Source: Candidatus Woesearchaeota archaeon (GTDB lineage: Archaea; Nanobdellota; Nanobdellia; Pacearchaeales; GW2011-AR1). From it: a DNA stretch of 64,000 bases. The stretch lies in the NCBI GenBank assembly GCA_964447315.1, contig CAYURQ010000003.1, positions 10,078-74,077 of the forward strand, read 5' to 3'. How positions within the stretch are numbered: the first letter of the stretch is position 1; each line of letters begins with the position of its first letter. Shown here piece after piece: positions 25,679-34,855 of this stretch. The notes beneath the pieces were generated by a model. The model made no database searches. It was not told where the DNA came from and was given only the letters and a program-made list of their open reading frames with translations. A program made the translations under genes and the position numbers.

Positions 25679-27643
25679 ATGAAAAAAAAGAAGGAGATTA
25701 TTTTTGTATTTTTATTTTTAATATTGTTAAATAGTTTTTTTATTTTTGCAGCACCGAGTGCTCCAATAAATTTGGTTTTAGAAGGAATTTCAAGTGCAGA
25801 TTATGATGAAGGTTACTTTAGTGTTAATTGGAGTTCTGGTGATGGAGATAGTGAAACAGAGTATAGGATTTATATTTTTCAAGATGAATCTTTTTTAATG
25901 GTTGCTCCTAATACCAGTGAAACAGGATATCAAGTTAATGGTCCTTCTGATGCAAAATATACTTTTATTGTTGAAGCATTGAATGGAACTTCTGGAAGTG
26001 AAAGTAGGGCAAATTCTTCTGGAAATGTTTCAATAAATATTGATTCTATTATTCCTTCTTTATTGATTGTTAATTCTTCTCATAATATTTATGTTTTAAA
26101 TTCAAATACTCTTTCTTTAAGTTTATATATTTCAGATGAAAATTCTGGAATTTCAAATAGTTTATGTTTAGTTAGTGTTGGGGGTTCTGAAACTATAATA
26201 GTTCCTTCTTTTGGATGGTGTAATTCTAGTAGCATTTCTTTATCTGAATCTAGTGAAGGAAACCAAAGTGTAATTATCTCAGTAAATGATAGTGCTGGAA
26301 ATATAGTTTCAGATGAGAGTAATTTTGTTTATATTGATTCAACTGGCCCTTCAATTACTTTTACATGTAGTCCTTCTAGTGTTTATTTAAATGAAAATGT
26401 TGTATGTAATTGTAGTGCTGTTGATGTTGGAGTTGGAGTTAATGAATCTAGTTTTGAGTTTTCTTTAAATCCAGATACTTCTGAACTTGGGACTTTTACA
26501 AGAACTTGCACTGTTAGTGATTTGCTGGGAAATCAAAATAATAAAAATTTTGATTATACTGTTGCAGCTGTTGGAGCTCCATTAGATATTATTCTTCCTG
26601 ATACAGATACAGATAGCAATGTTTCTTGGATTTATACTTATGAAATAAATCAAACAGAATTTTTAGATGGATATACTCAAAATCTTGCTGCTAAAAGAAG
26701 AATAAAAGCACCTATTGGTTCTGAAGAACATTCTATTGGAGTTTTAGAATTAAATGAAACCCATGCAAAAATAGAAATTGCAAGCACTCCTATTGAAAAA
26801 TTATTAGGTATTGGAGATTCAATTAAAATAGATATCTTGGATGATGGTTTTTATGATATTTATGTTATTTTAAATTCAATTATAAATAATAATACTGCTA
26901 ATTTAACTGTTAAAAATATTAGAGAAGAGATATCTCCTACTTTTATTCAGAATTTAGATTCTGAAAATGAAAGTATTGATTCTTCTGAAAATCAAACAGG
27001 ATTAAATAATACTAATTCAGATGATAAATTAGGACTTTTTTCAAAAATAAATAAAACTAGGTTTTTTATTTTTTTAGGAGCTGGTTTACTTGCTATTTTT
27101 TTATTTGTATTTATTTATTATATTTTTAAAAATAAAAATAAGATTAAAATAAAACCTATTAAGCAAAAAAATTCAGAGGTTGAATCTTCTTCTCAAGAGT
27201 ATGATACTTCTCAAGATTTAGAGGATATTCAAGAAAATAGCAATAAATCAGAGGAAATAAATGATTTAAAAAAATCTGATTCTGTTGATAATGAAAAAAT
27301 AAAAGACTCTACTGATTCTTTTTCAGAAAATAATAATATTGACAATAAAATTGATGATTCTGCAAGTTCTGAAGATTTAAAAGAAGAATCAGGAAGTATT
27401 GCATCTATTATTAAATCTCATCCAGATACTAAATCTAAGCCAAAATCTCAATCAGATGCTCTTTCAGGTACTTTAAAGAGTTCTAAACCTGTAAAAACTG
27501 CTCAATCTCAACCAGTTCCTAAAACAAAAATACCTCAGCAAGTTAAAAAATCCAAAAATACCAAAAATTTGCCTTTGTATAAACCTCCTCAAAAATCTGT
27601 TAAAAAGAATAATCAAAAAAATAATCAAAAAAAATATATTTAG
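25679..27643 (+). CDS. Surface protein: signal peptide, FN3/Ig-like domains, TM anchor, acidic Ser-rich then basic cytoplasmic tail
   Basis: 'IIFVFLFLILLNSFFIFAAPSAP' signal. 'FSVNWSSGDGDSETEYRIYIF' FN3-like. TM 'FFIFLGAGLLAIFLFVFIYYIF'. Low-complexity tail. Confidence 0.7.
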   Translation: MKKKKEIIFVFLFLILLNSFFIFAAPSAPINLVLEGISSADYDEGYFSVNWSSGDGDSETEYRIYIFQDESFLMVAPNTSETGYQVNGPSDAKYTFIVEALNGTSGSESRANSSGNVSINIDSIIPSLLIVNSSHNIYVLNSNTLSLSLYISDENSGISNSLCLVSVGGSETIIVPSFGWCNSSSISLSESSEGNQSVIISVNDSAGNIVSDESNFVYIDSTGPSITFTCSPSSVYLNENVVCNCSAVDVGVGVNESSFEFSLNPDTSELGTFTRTCTVSDLLGNQNNKNFDYTVAAVGAPLDIILPDTDTDSNVSWIYTYEINQTEFLDGYTQNLAAKRRIKAPIGSEEHSIGVLELNETHAKIEIASTPIEKLLGIGDSIKIDILDDGFYDIYVILNSIINNNTANLTVKNIREEISPTFIQNLDSENESIDSSENQTGLNNTNSDDKLGLFSKINKTRFFIFLGAGLLAIFLFVFIYYIFKNKNKIKIKPIKQKNSEVESSSQEYDTSQDLEDIQENSNKSEEINDLKKSDSVDNEKIKDSTDSFSENNNIDNKIDDSASSEDLKEESGSIASIIKSHPDTKSKPKSQSDALSGTLKSSKPVKTAQSQPVPKTKIPQQVKKSKNTKNLPLYKPPQKSVKKNNQKNNQKKYI

Positions 27644-27687
27644 TAATCAAAAGATATTTAACTAAAATATTTTTTATTTTAAATTAT

Positions 27688-28923
27688 ATGGAAATTAATG
27701 AAAAAGAAAACTGGTTTTTTGCAGACTTGCATTTGCATTCTAGATTCTCAAGAGCATGTTCAAAAGAAATTACTTTAGATAATTTAGCTAAATGGGGAAA
27801 AATAAAAGGTCTTGATTTACTTGGAACAGGAGATTTTACACATCCTATTTGGATAAAAGAAATAAAAGAAAAGCTTGTTGATAATGGAAAAGGAATTTAC
27901 CAATATAAAGATTTTAATTTTATTATTACAGGAGAAATATCATTAATATATACTCAAAATGGAAAAGGAAGAAAAGTTCATTTAGTTGTTTTAGTTCCTA
28001 ATATTCAGGTTGCTGAAGAAATTAATAATTATATTGATAATAAAGGATTTAGAAGAGATTATGATGGAAGACCAATATTTGGAATGTCTTGTATTGAATT
28101 TGTTAAGGATTTAAAAAATCTTAATGAGGATATTGAAATAATTCCTGCTCATATTTGGACTCCTTACTTTGGTGTTTTTGGAAGCATGAGTGGTTTTGAT
28201 TCATTGAAAGAAGCATTTGGAGAACAAGTTAAGAATATTTATGCAATTGAAACAGGAATTTCAAGTGACCCTCCAATGAATTTAAAAATAAATGAACTAA
28301 AAAATAAATCTATTGTTAGTTTTTCTGATAGTCACTCGTTTTGGCCTTGGAGATTAGGTAGAGAGTGCACTATTTTTAAGAAAATAGAATCTTATATTGA
28401 TTTAATAAATCAAATTCGTGAGAATGATTTTATTGGAACAATTGAAACAGAACCTGCTTATGGTAAATATCATTGGGATGGGCATTCAAAATGTAATTTT
28501 TCTTGTAGCCCTGAAAAAACAAAGCAACTTAATGGTATTTGTCCTAAATGCAAGGGAAAATTAATTATTGGAGTTGAAAATAGGGTTGAAAGTTTAGCTG
28601 ATAATAATGATTTTCAGAGTAAAATGTTTTATCGTATTTTGCCTTTGCATGAAATACTTAGTTTATATTATAGTGTTGGAATGAATTCTAAAAAAATATG
28701 GAATATTTATTGGAAGATTATTGAAGATTTTCAAAATGAATTTAATGTTCTTTTATATGTTAGAGAACAAGATTTTTTAAATAAACAATTGGAAAAAGGA
28801 TTAGTTGATTTAATTATAAAAAATAGATTAGGTGAAATTAAAGTAAAACCTGGTTTTGATGGAGAGTATGGGCAAGCTATTTTAGAGAATATTGCTTTTG
28901 AAAAACAGAGTAAGTTATTTTAA
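27688..28923 (+). CDS. Endonuclease Q-like PHP-domain nuclease with zinc finger
   Basis: 'FADLHLHSRFSRA', 'LLGTGDFTHP', 'PAHIWTP', 'SFSDSHSFWPWRLGREC', 'GKYHWDGH', 'CPKCKGKLIIGVENRVESLAD'. Order and spacing are as in archaeal EndoQ (recalled from memory). Confidence 0.75.
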   Translation: MEINEKENWFFADLHLHSRFSRACSKEITLDNLAKWGKIKGLDLLGTGDFTHPIWIKEIKEKLVDNGKGIYQYKDFNFIITGEISLIYTQNGKGRKVHLVVLVPNIQVAEEINNYIDNKGFRRDYDGRPIFGMSCIEFVKDLKNLNEDIEIIPAHIWTPYFGVFGSMSGFDSLKEAFGEQVKNIYAIETGISSDPPMNLKINELKNKSIVSFSDSHSFWPWRLGRECTIFKKIESYIDLINQIRENDFIGTIETEPAYGKYHWDGHSKCNFSCSPEKTKQLNGICPKCKGKLIIGVENRVESLADNNDFQSKMFYRILPLHEILSLYYSVGMNSKKIWNIYWKIIEDFQNEFNVLLYVREQDFLNKQLEKGLVDLIIKNRLGEIKVKPGFDGEYGQAILENIAFEKQSKLF

Positions 28924-28967
28924 TTTTTTTAATTAATTTTATATATTTAAGATATTTTATTGTTTTA

Positions 28968-29507
28968 ATGGTTTTTGAAAAAAGAGGTTCAAGTAGTACT
29001 GTATTTTGGAGTATATTTTTGTTTATTTTAATTATTGTAGTTGTTATTTTTATTTTTTTCTATGATTCATTTAAAGATCAAGGAATAGAAAGAATAAATT
29101 TGAGAAGCGAGGAAATTTTTGTTGATTTAAATAATATTAAATCAACTCAAGAAGGGGTTGAGTTTATTTTAAAAATTTCTCCTGAAGGAAGAAAAGTTAC
29201 TAGAGTTGAATTCTCTTTTGAAAATAATATCTTTTTAAAAGAAGTTTATTCTAGAAATGTTTCTTATATTCAAAATGGGCAATATCTTTATTCAATTGAA
29301 TTAAAAGAAATTAAGGTTTTAGATATAAGGAAGATATATATTTTACCTACTTTTGAAGGTGAAGAAATTTTTTCTATTGACGAATATAAGAAAATTATAA
29401 ATTATAAAGAAAAAAAAGATAAATCTAATGAAACAAGAAATCAGATTAATAAAAATATAAATGATTTTTCAATTAAAGTTAAGGAATTTTTCAATAAAAA
29501 TAAATAA
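28968..29507 (+). CDS. Protein with class III (prepilin-type) signal peptide, outside the pilus locus
   Basis: MVFEKRG|SSSTVFWSIFLFILIIVVVIFIFF, the same KRG|SS junction as the 9784 pilin. Confidence 0.6.
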   Translation: MVFEKRGSSSTVFWSIFLFILIIVVVIFIFFYDSFKDQGIERINLRSEEIFVDLNNIKSTQEGVEFILKISPEGRKVTRVEFSFENNIFLKEVYSRNVSYIQNGQYLYSIELKEIKVLDIRKIYILPTFEGEEIFSIDEYKKIINYKEKKDKSNETRNQINKNINDFSIKVKEFFNKNK

Positions 29508-29521
29508 AATTACTTTGTTTT

Positions 29522-29662
29522 TTATTTTTTACTAATTATTTTATTGTTTGATTTTGGAGCATCACGTACTTTTAAGAATTTATAATGTGCTGGTTTTGTA
29601 TTTTCATTTTCTTTTAAGGTATAAATCTTTTCATTATTTTTTATGAAAAATCTTAATTTCAT
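29522..29662 (-). CDS. nop10: Nop10-like H/ACA RNP subunit (46 aa, no zinc-ribbon cysteines)
   Basis: Hand-translated MKLRFFIKNNEKIYTLKENENTKPAHYKFLKVRDAPKSNNKIISKK. 'KIYTLKE....TKPAHYKF' resembles eukaryotic Nop10 'RIYTLKK....TKSAHPARF'. Its ATG overlaps the aIF2-alpha TGA. Not in the ORF track. Confidence 0.6.
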   Translation of the reverse strand: MKLRFFIKNNEKIYTLKENENTKPAHYKFLKVRDAPKSNNKIISKK

Positions 29663-30366
29663 TTTATTGATAAATCTATATTTTTTTGTTTTGAAAATTT
29701 TTCTAATTTTTCTATGATTTCTTTTATCTCTTTATCTGTTTTTTTTAAATCTTGAGTTTCTTTTTTTATTGAATATTTTCCTGCTGACAGATATTTAACA
29801 TCATATTCTTTTGGGATTTTTAAAAAAAGTTCTTTAATTAATTCAAGCCCATTTGATTCTTCACATGAAGCTTTTATTTGTTTTTTTATTGTAAATGTTT
29901 TTTGTTTTTGCTGAGAAACAATTTCAATTATTTTTTTTGCTGAATCTTTTGATGTCAATATCTCTAATTCTTTTAGCCCTTCGGGAGTTTTTGCTTTTTG
30001 TAGGAATTCATAAACAGAATTTTCTTTGATTATTTTTTTTATAACATCCTCTGCATTTTCTTTTAAAATTGTTTTTAATATTGATTGATAACTTTTTTCT
30101 TGCTTTTCTCTTTCTAAGACTTCTTTTTTTTCTTTTAGGGTAACTCTTCTAAGAGATAAATGAACATTTTCATTACTTGTTCTAAGAACTTTACATACAA
30201 TAGTTTTTTTAGGAACTACGTGATCACGTAAATTACGTATTCTACCTGGAGCAATTTCACTTAATACAATTGTTCCTTCTTTTCCATTCGGCATTATTAC
30301 GAATACTGTTGTTCCAATAATTCTGTCTACAGTACATAATAATGTATCTCCTTGTTCGTATTCCAT
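29659..30366 (-). CDS. eif2a: Translation initiation factor aIF2 alpha subunit (short form)
   Basis: S1 domain. 'GTIVLSEIAPGRIRNLRDHVVPKKTIVCKVLRTSNENVHLSLRRV' matches the aIF2-alpha N-terminal signature. Confidence 0.8.
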   Translation of the reverse strand: MEYEQGDTLLCTVDRIIGTTVFVIMPNGKEGTIVLSEIAPGRIRNLRDHVVPKKTIVCKVLRTSNENVHLSLRRVTLKEKKEVLEREKQEKSYQSILKTILKENAEDVIKKIIKENSVYEFLQKAKTPEGLKELEILTSKDSAKKIIEIVSQQKQKTFTIKKQIKASCEESNGLELIKELFLKIPKEYDVKYLSAGKYSIKKETQDLKKTDKEIKEIIEKLEKFSKQKNIDLSIK

Positions 30367-30403
30367 GAAATACTTAGAAATAAAGGTATTTTAAAGGTTA
30401 TTG

Positions 30404-31744
30404 TTATATTTTTATTGTTTCTACTTCAAGAACTTTTTTTAATAATTCAATAAATTGTTTTTCTTTTTGCTTTTTTATTATGCATCCTGCTGCAAATTCA
30501 TGCCCCCCTACTTCTCCTCCAATTTCATCTGTTACTTCTTTTAATGTTTCTCGAAGGTTTCTTCCTTGTTTTCCAACGATTCTTGCAGATACTTTTATTT
30601 TATCTTCATAGTCAGCCATTGTTATTATTGTTGTTCCTTCTTCATAAACAGAAGAGTTTGATAAAATACTTGCAACTGTTCCAATCATTGTATCTTTAAT
30701 ATATGATTGTGCATTAATTATTATGAAATTTTTTCCTTTAATCTTTTCTGAGGATTCTGCAAATTTTAAGCTTTCAATTAGTGTTTGTTTATATTTTACA
30801 TGTATTTGTTCTGATTTTTTCTTTGCTAAAGGAATTTCTAAACATAATTGTAAAGCTGTTTCTGGTTTTCCAGATCTTGAACATGCATTTATCTTTGCAC
30901 TTATTTCTCTGGCATCTTCTTGTTTGTTAAATAATTTAATTAAAAAAACATCCCCAATTATATTAGAGTTATTTACTTTCGGATTTCTTAATAATATTGC
31001 TGTTGTTAGTTTTTCCATTTCATCATGATTTAACTCAAGGAGGCTTTTATAACGTCCTGAATTTGGTGTTAATCCAATTTCTCTTAATAATTCTAAAACT
31101 CCTTTAATCTCTCCTGTAACTCCAGGAATATATGGGTTAGAGCAATATTCTAAAGTTCTGTTTAAAGGACGTGTTGAGGGAAAAATAAGTAATCCACGTT
31201 TCCTATTTATTTCACTGTCTTCTAATATTCCATTGTTTAAATGTTCAATTTCTCTTTCAAGACAATCTCCTACCATTCCTAATACAGCTAATTTTGCTAA
31301 ATCCTTATTTTTTTCATTAATTTCTTTGCATACTAAATAAACTAATCCAGATGCACTTATTTGTTGTTTATTTGTTATTTCTGGATTTATAATGGTTATG
31401 TTTTCAGGAATTTCTTTTTTAGAAAGTTCATGGTGGTCAATAATAAAAACTTGTTTTAATCTTGCTTCTTGAATGTGATGCAAGGAACCAGATGCTAAAT
31501 CTAGAAATAGAATTATTTTATCTTTTGGAAGTTTTTCTATAAATTCTGGTTCTAGTGATTTTTTTATTTTTAATGTAAAGGTTTTATCTAATCTTTGAAG
31601 AGCCTTTGTCATAATTGCTGCTGAAGATATGCCGTCTGTATCAAAATGACTTACAATATAAATTTCTTTGTTTTCAGAATCCTTTAAAAATTTTTTAACA
31701 AAAGGTTTTATTTCCTGTTCTTGAAACTTATTTATAATTTCCAT
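30404..31744 (-). CDS. RecJ/Cdc45-like DHH phosphoesterase (GAN-type)
   Basis: 'SHFDTDGISSAAIM' (motif I/II), 'FIIDHH' (DHH), 'GGHEFAAG' (DHHA1 motif). Confidence 0.8.
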   Translation of the reverse strand: MEIINKFQEQEIKPFVKKFLKDSENKEIYIVSHFDTDGISSAAIMTKALQRLDKTFTLKIKKSLEPEFIEKLPKDKIILFLDLASGSLHHIQEARLKQVFIIDHHELSKKEIPENITIINPEITNKQQISASGLVYLVCKEINEKNKDLAKLAVLGMVGDCLEREIEHLNNGILEDSEINRKRGLLIFPSTRPLNRTLEYCSNPYIPGVTGEIKGVLELLREIGLTPNSGRYKSLLELNHDEMEKLTTAILLRNPKVNNSNIIGDVFLIKLFNKQEDAREISAKINACSRSGKPETALQLCLEIPLAKKKSEQIHVKYKQTLIESLKFAESSEKIKGKNFIIINAQSYIKDTMIGTVASILSNSSVYEEGTTIITMADYEDKIKVSARIVGKQGRNLRETLKEVTDEIGGEVGGHEFAAGCIIKKQKEKQFIELLKKVLEVETIKI

Positions 31745-31789
31745 TTACCCTCTTTTAAAACTTTAAATTTTAATTAATAATTCTTAAGA

Positions 31790-32200
31790 TTATTTTAAAG
31801 GCATTTTTAAATACTTTTTTATTTTTCTTCTTTGTGAGAAAACACGACTTTTCTCACGAATTGCCCTTTTATCTTGTTTGTTTTTCTTAAGATGAATCTC
31901 AATTTTATCAAGTTTTTCTTGGATGTTTTTTAACTCTGCATCTTCATAAACATTATTCTCTTTTAAAATTTTTGATATTTTTTTATCATATTCTTTTGGG
32001 TGTATGCCTTGTTTTCTTAGATATTCTCCTATTTTTTCAGATGTTAATCCTTGCTTTGCTAAGCCTAAAATTTCTTTTTCATATTCTTTTTCAGATAATT
32101 TTTTTTGCTTTTTTTCTTTTTTTGGATTTTCTGATTTTTTTTGAGTTTCCACTGTTTCTTCTGTTTTTTCTTCTGTTTTTTCTTCTGATTTTTTTGGCAT
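31790..32200 (-). CDS. rps15: Ribosomal protein S15 (uS15, S13e-type) with Lys/Glu-rich N-terminal extension
   Basis: 'GLTSEKIGEYLRKQGIHP', 'LKKNKQDKRAIREKSRVFSQRRKIKKY'. Confidence 0.8.
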   Translation of the reverse strand: MPKKSEEKTEEKTEETVETQKKSENPKKEKKQKKLSEKEYEKEILGLAKQGLTSEKIGEYLRKQGIHPKEYDKKISKILKENNVYEDAELKNIQEKLDKIEIHLKKNKQDKRAIREKSRVFSQRRKIKKYLKMPLK

Positions 32201-32291
32201 TTTAATAGATTGTAAGATTGGTTTTTAAAGCTTGTTGTTACAATTGAAATCTGGGTGAAAAGTATTTAAACCCTGAAATTTTCTATTAGAT

Positions 32292-33086
32292 ATGGCAAAG
32301 ACAATTGGGGTGATATCTTTAAAAGGGGGTGTTGGGAAGACATCTATTGTATGTGCATTAGGATACGCTTTTTCTAATTTAGGAAAAAAAGTTCTTTTAA
32401 TCGACGGTAATTTGTCTGCTCCTAATTTAGGTATGCACTTGGATTTGTTTGATCCTGATAAAACTCTTCATAGTATTTTACGTAGAAAATCTAATCCAAG
32501 TGATGCTGTTTATTCTTTAGAGGATTTTGATGTTTTACCTGCTGATATTTTTGATGAGGCAAAAGTTCAACCACTTATGCTAAAAAAACGTATAAATCAT
32601 TTGAAAAGAAGTTATGATGTTATTTTAATTGATTCAAGTCCAAGATTAGATGATGAAACTTTGGCTGTAATGTTGGCTTCTGATGAATTAATTGTTGTTA
32701 CAACTCCTGATTTACCTACTCTTGGAACTACTATGAAAGCGGTTAAATTAGCTAGAATACGTGGAGCAAATATCTCTGGTTTGATTTTAAATAAAGTTCA
32801 TAAAAAGAATTTTGAAGTTTCTTTAGATGATATTGAGGAAACTTTGGATTTGCCTGTTTTGGCTGTTATTCCTCATGATATAAGTGTTTTAAAATCTTTA
32901 TCAGAGTTTCAACCAAGCACAAAATATAATCCTAAATCAAAAGCAAGTGATGAATATGTGAGATTAGCAGCTACACTTGTTGGTGAAAAAATACCTGATA
33001 AAGGATTAAGAAAATTTACTGGTTGGATAAATCCAGGAAAACAAGAAGTTAATAGAATTATTTTTTATGAAAGTTTGTTTGAATAA
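32292..33086 (+). CDS. MinD/ParA-family P-loop ATPase
   Basis: Deviant Walker A 'ISLKGGVGKTS'. 'VILIDSSP'. Confidence 0.8.
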   Translation: MAKTIGVISLKGGVGKTSIVCALGYAFSNLGKKVLLIDGNLSAPNLGMHLDLFDPDKTLHSILRRKSNPSDAVYSLEDFDVLPADIFDEAKVQPLMLKKRINHLKRSYDVILIDSSPRLDDETLAVMLASDELIVVTTPDLPTLGTTMKAVKLARIRGANISGLILNKVHKKNFEVSLDDIEETLDLPVLAVIPHDISVLKSLSEFQPSTKYNPKSKASDEYVRLAATLVGEKIPDKGLRKFTGWINPGKQEVNRIIFYESLFE

Positions 33087-33238
33087 CAGAATTAATATTA
33101 TTATTTTTTGATGTATATTTCAAGTAAGAGATAATAAAACTTTCAAGGGAAAATTTCTTTTAGTTAAGATAATTTTTATTATTAGGATTAACTCTTCATT
33201 ACAACAAATAATTTAAACTAGAATTTTTTATTAATGAT

Positions 33239-33619
33239 ATGATTTTGATGGATTTGCTCTTGCCTTATTATCGGTCTGAAAGGGTTTTAGAGGATCCGGT
33301 TTTTACAGCAGGACAAGGAATGTACTATGATGCAGAAAAAGGAAAAATATGTGATGGACAAAATTATTCAAATAAAGAAAAGTACAAGTTTTCTAAATTA
33401 ATGAAGTGGACTGGGATTACAGGAGCTGCTGTTTCTGGAACTTTACTTGCTACTTTGGCTTTTTCTAGTTTTAAATTTGATAAATCTGGTAATAAGATAA
33501 ACAAAATCCATAAGGGGTTGGCTGCTTTGTCTATTCCTGTTTTTTTGAGTTATACAAGAAATTTAGATAAAGCTGCAAAATGGGCAATAATGCAAGAAAA
33601 ATATTCTGAATTTAAATAA
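33239..33619 (+). CDS. Hypothetical membrane protein
   Basis: 126-aa ORF with two hydrophobic segments. No recognised motif. Confidence 0.4.
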   Translation: MILMDLLLPYYRSERVLEDPVFTAGQGMYYDAEKGKICDGQNYSNKEKYKFSKLMKWTGITGAAVSGTLLATLAFSSFKFDKSGNKINKIHKGLAALSIPVFLSYTRNLDKAAKWAIMQEKYSEFK

Positions 33620-33661
33620 AAAATTAAATAAAAGGGGATTTTCCCCATTTATTAAAAAAAA

Positions 33662-33886
33662 TTAATCAAGATTATTGGATTTAATCCATGCGATTTCTTT
33701 ACTCATCCCAAAAGGAAGTAATACTAGAGCTTTTTCGCCATGGTCTTCAATGACATTCACCTCTATTTGTTTTTCAGGTGCTACAAGAACTCCTGTTATT
33801 TCCTCTCCTCTCAGGTCAAACACAGAAACCCTATACTTTCCAAATTGTCTTGGAAAGGTTTGACAGTAGAGTTTTGCCTTTACCAT
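33662..33886 (-). CDS. Hypothetical small protein
   Basis: 74-aa ORF. No recognised motif. Confidence 0.4.
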   Translation of the reverse strand: MVKAKLYCQTFPRQFGKYRVSVFDLRGEEITGVLVAPEKQIEVNVIEDHGEKALVLLPFGMSKEIAWIKSNNLD

Positions 33887-34000
33887 AAATAAATACTGAA
33901 TTGTTTTGTTTATAATAAATTCCGAGTATTTTTCAATGATGAAGGGGTGTTTAATTTTAAAGTAAAACAGGATTGTTTCTAAGTGAAAATGACACTAGCA

Positions 34001-34016
34001 AAAAAGCTTATAAATT
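34001..34016 (+). promoter_or_regulatory. Candidate BRE/TATA element for tRNA-Gln
   Basis: 'aaaaagcttataaatt' has its TATA-like core about 33 nt upstream of the mature tRNA 5' end. Confidence 0.3.
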
Positions 34017-34044
34017 GATTAAAATTCTAATTTTTATTGATTAC

Positions 34045-34117
34045 AGCCCCATAGTCTAGTGGTCAAGGATACGGCCCTTTGGAGGCCGTGGCCCCGGTTC
34101 GAATCCGGGTGGGGCTA
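34045..34117 (+). tRNA. tRNA-Gln (anticodon UUG)
   Basis: Cloverleaf folded by hand: acceptor AGCCCCA/TGGGGCT (A1-U72), anticodon arm CGGCC-CTTTGGA-GGCCG, T arm CCCGG-TTCGAAT-CCGGG. Confidence 0.9.
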
Positions 34118-34199
34118 TTCTTCTTATGAGGGAAGAGAAAAAATATTCAGATGATTGGTATATAAACAAAGAAATTAATTTTTATATGAGTTTTGAGAA

Positions 34200-34835
34200 T
34201 TAATGCCTATACCTGCCACGCTTTTCTATTTCACGAATTCTTTGAAAGATTTTTTTTGCTTGAGAATATGTAAGAGTTCTTTCATACTGCTTTAATACTT
34301 CTTGTTCTAGAATTTTATGGTTTTTGAAGTGTTTTGCTTGAAGAGCTTGTTTAAGTAAATGTAAATCCACTGCTTTATCTTCAACTTTTCTTGAAATATA
34401 TCCTAAACCAAAATCAATGAAAAAGACTTTTTCATGACTTAAAATCATATTTGATGTGGTGAGGTCTCCATGGATTATATCATTTTTATGTAATAGTGCT
34501 ATTGATTTTCCTATTTTTCTACAAACTTCTTTTTGTTTTTCTAAACTAAATTCATTTAAATGTTCTGAAAGTATTTTTCCTTTAATATAAGAGAGATTTA
34601 TTTTGTCAAAGTCTCTTGAGTTTTTTTTATGAGGCATTTTTGGAATAGGAACATTAATTATTTTAGAAGCTTTTTCAAGAAGTTTTGTTTCTGCTTTTGT
34701 TCTACGTTTTCTGATTGCATAATCTAATTCAGGAATTCTATAGGATTTAGAAGTTCTTTTTTTTGTAATTAAGTTTAAAGATTTATTTAGAATTATTTTT
34801 GCTTCTGCTCCTTGTGAAATTAGTTTTTGTTCCAT
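34200..34835 (-). CDS. bud32: Bud32/PRPK-type Kae1-associated kinase (KEOPS subunit)
   Basis: 'LISQGAEAKI', 'IIHGDLTTSNMIL', 'FIDFGLG', C-terminal 'RGRYR'. Confidence 0.85.
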   Translation of the reverse strand: MEQKLISQGAEAKIILNKSLNLITKKRTSKSYRIPELDYAIRKRRTKAETKLLEKASKIINVPIPKMPHKKNSRDFDKINLSYIKGKILSEHLNEFSLEKQKEVCRKIGKSIALLHKNDIIHGDLTTSNMILSHEKVFFIDFGLGYISRKVEDKAVDLHLLKQALQAKHFKNHKILEQEVLKQYERTLTYSQAKKIFQRIREIEKRGRYRH

Positions 34836-34855
34836 TTTCTCTCTTTTAATTTATT

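Noticed and set aside
33930-33995. C/D box sRNA candidate starting at 'aatgatga'
   Set aside because: No matching D box (CTGA) or C'/D' pair occurs at the expected spacing, and there is no terminal stem.
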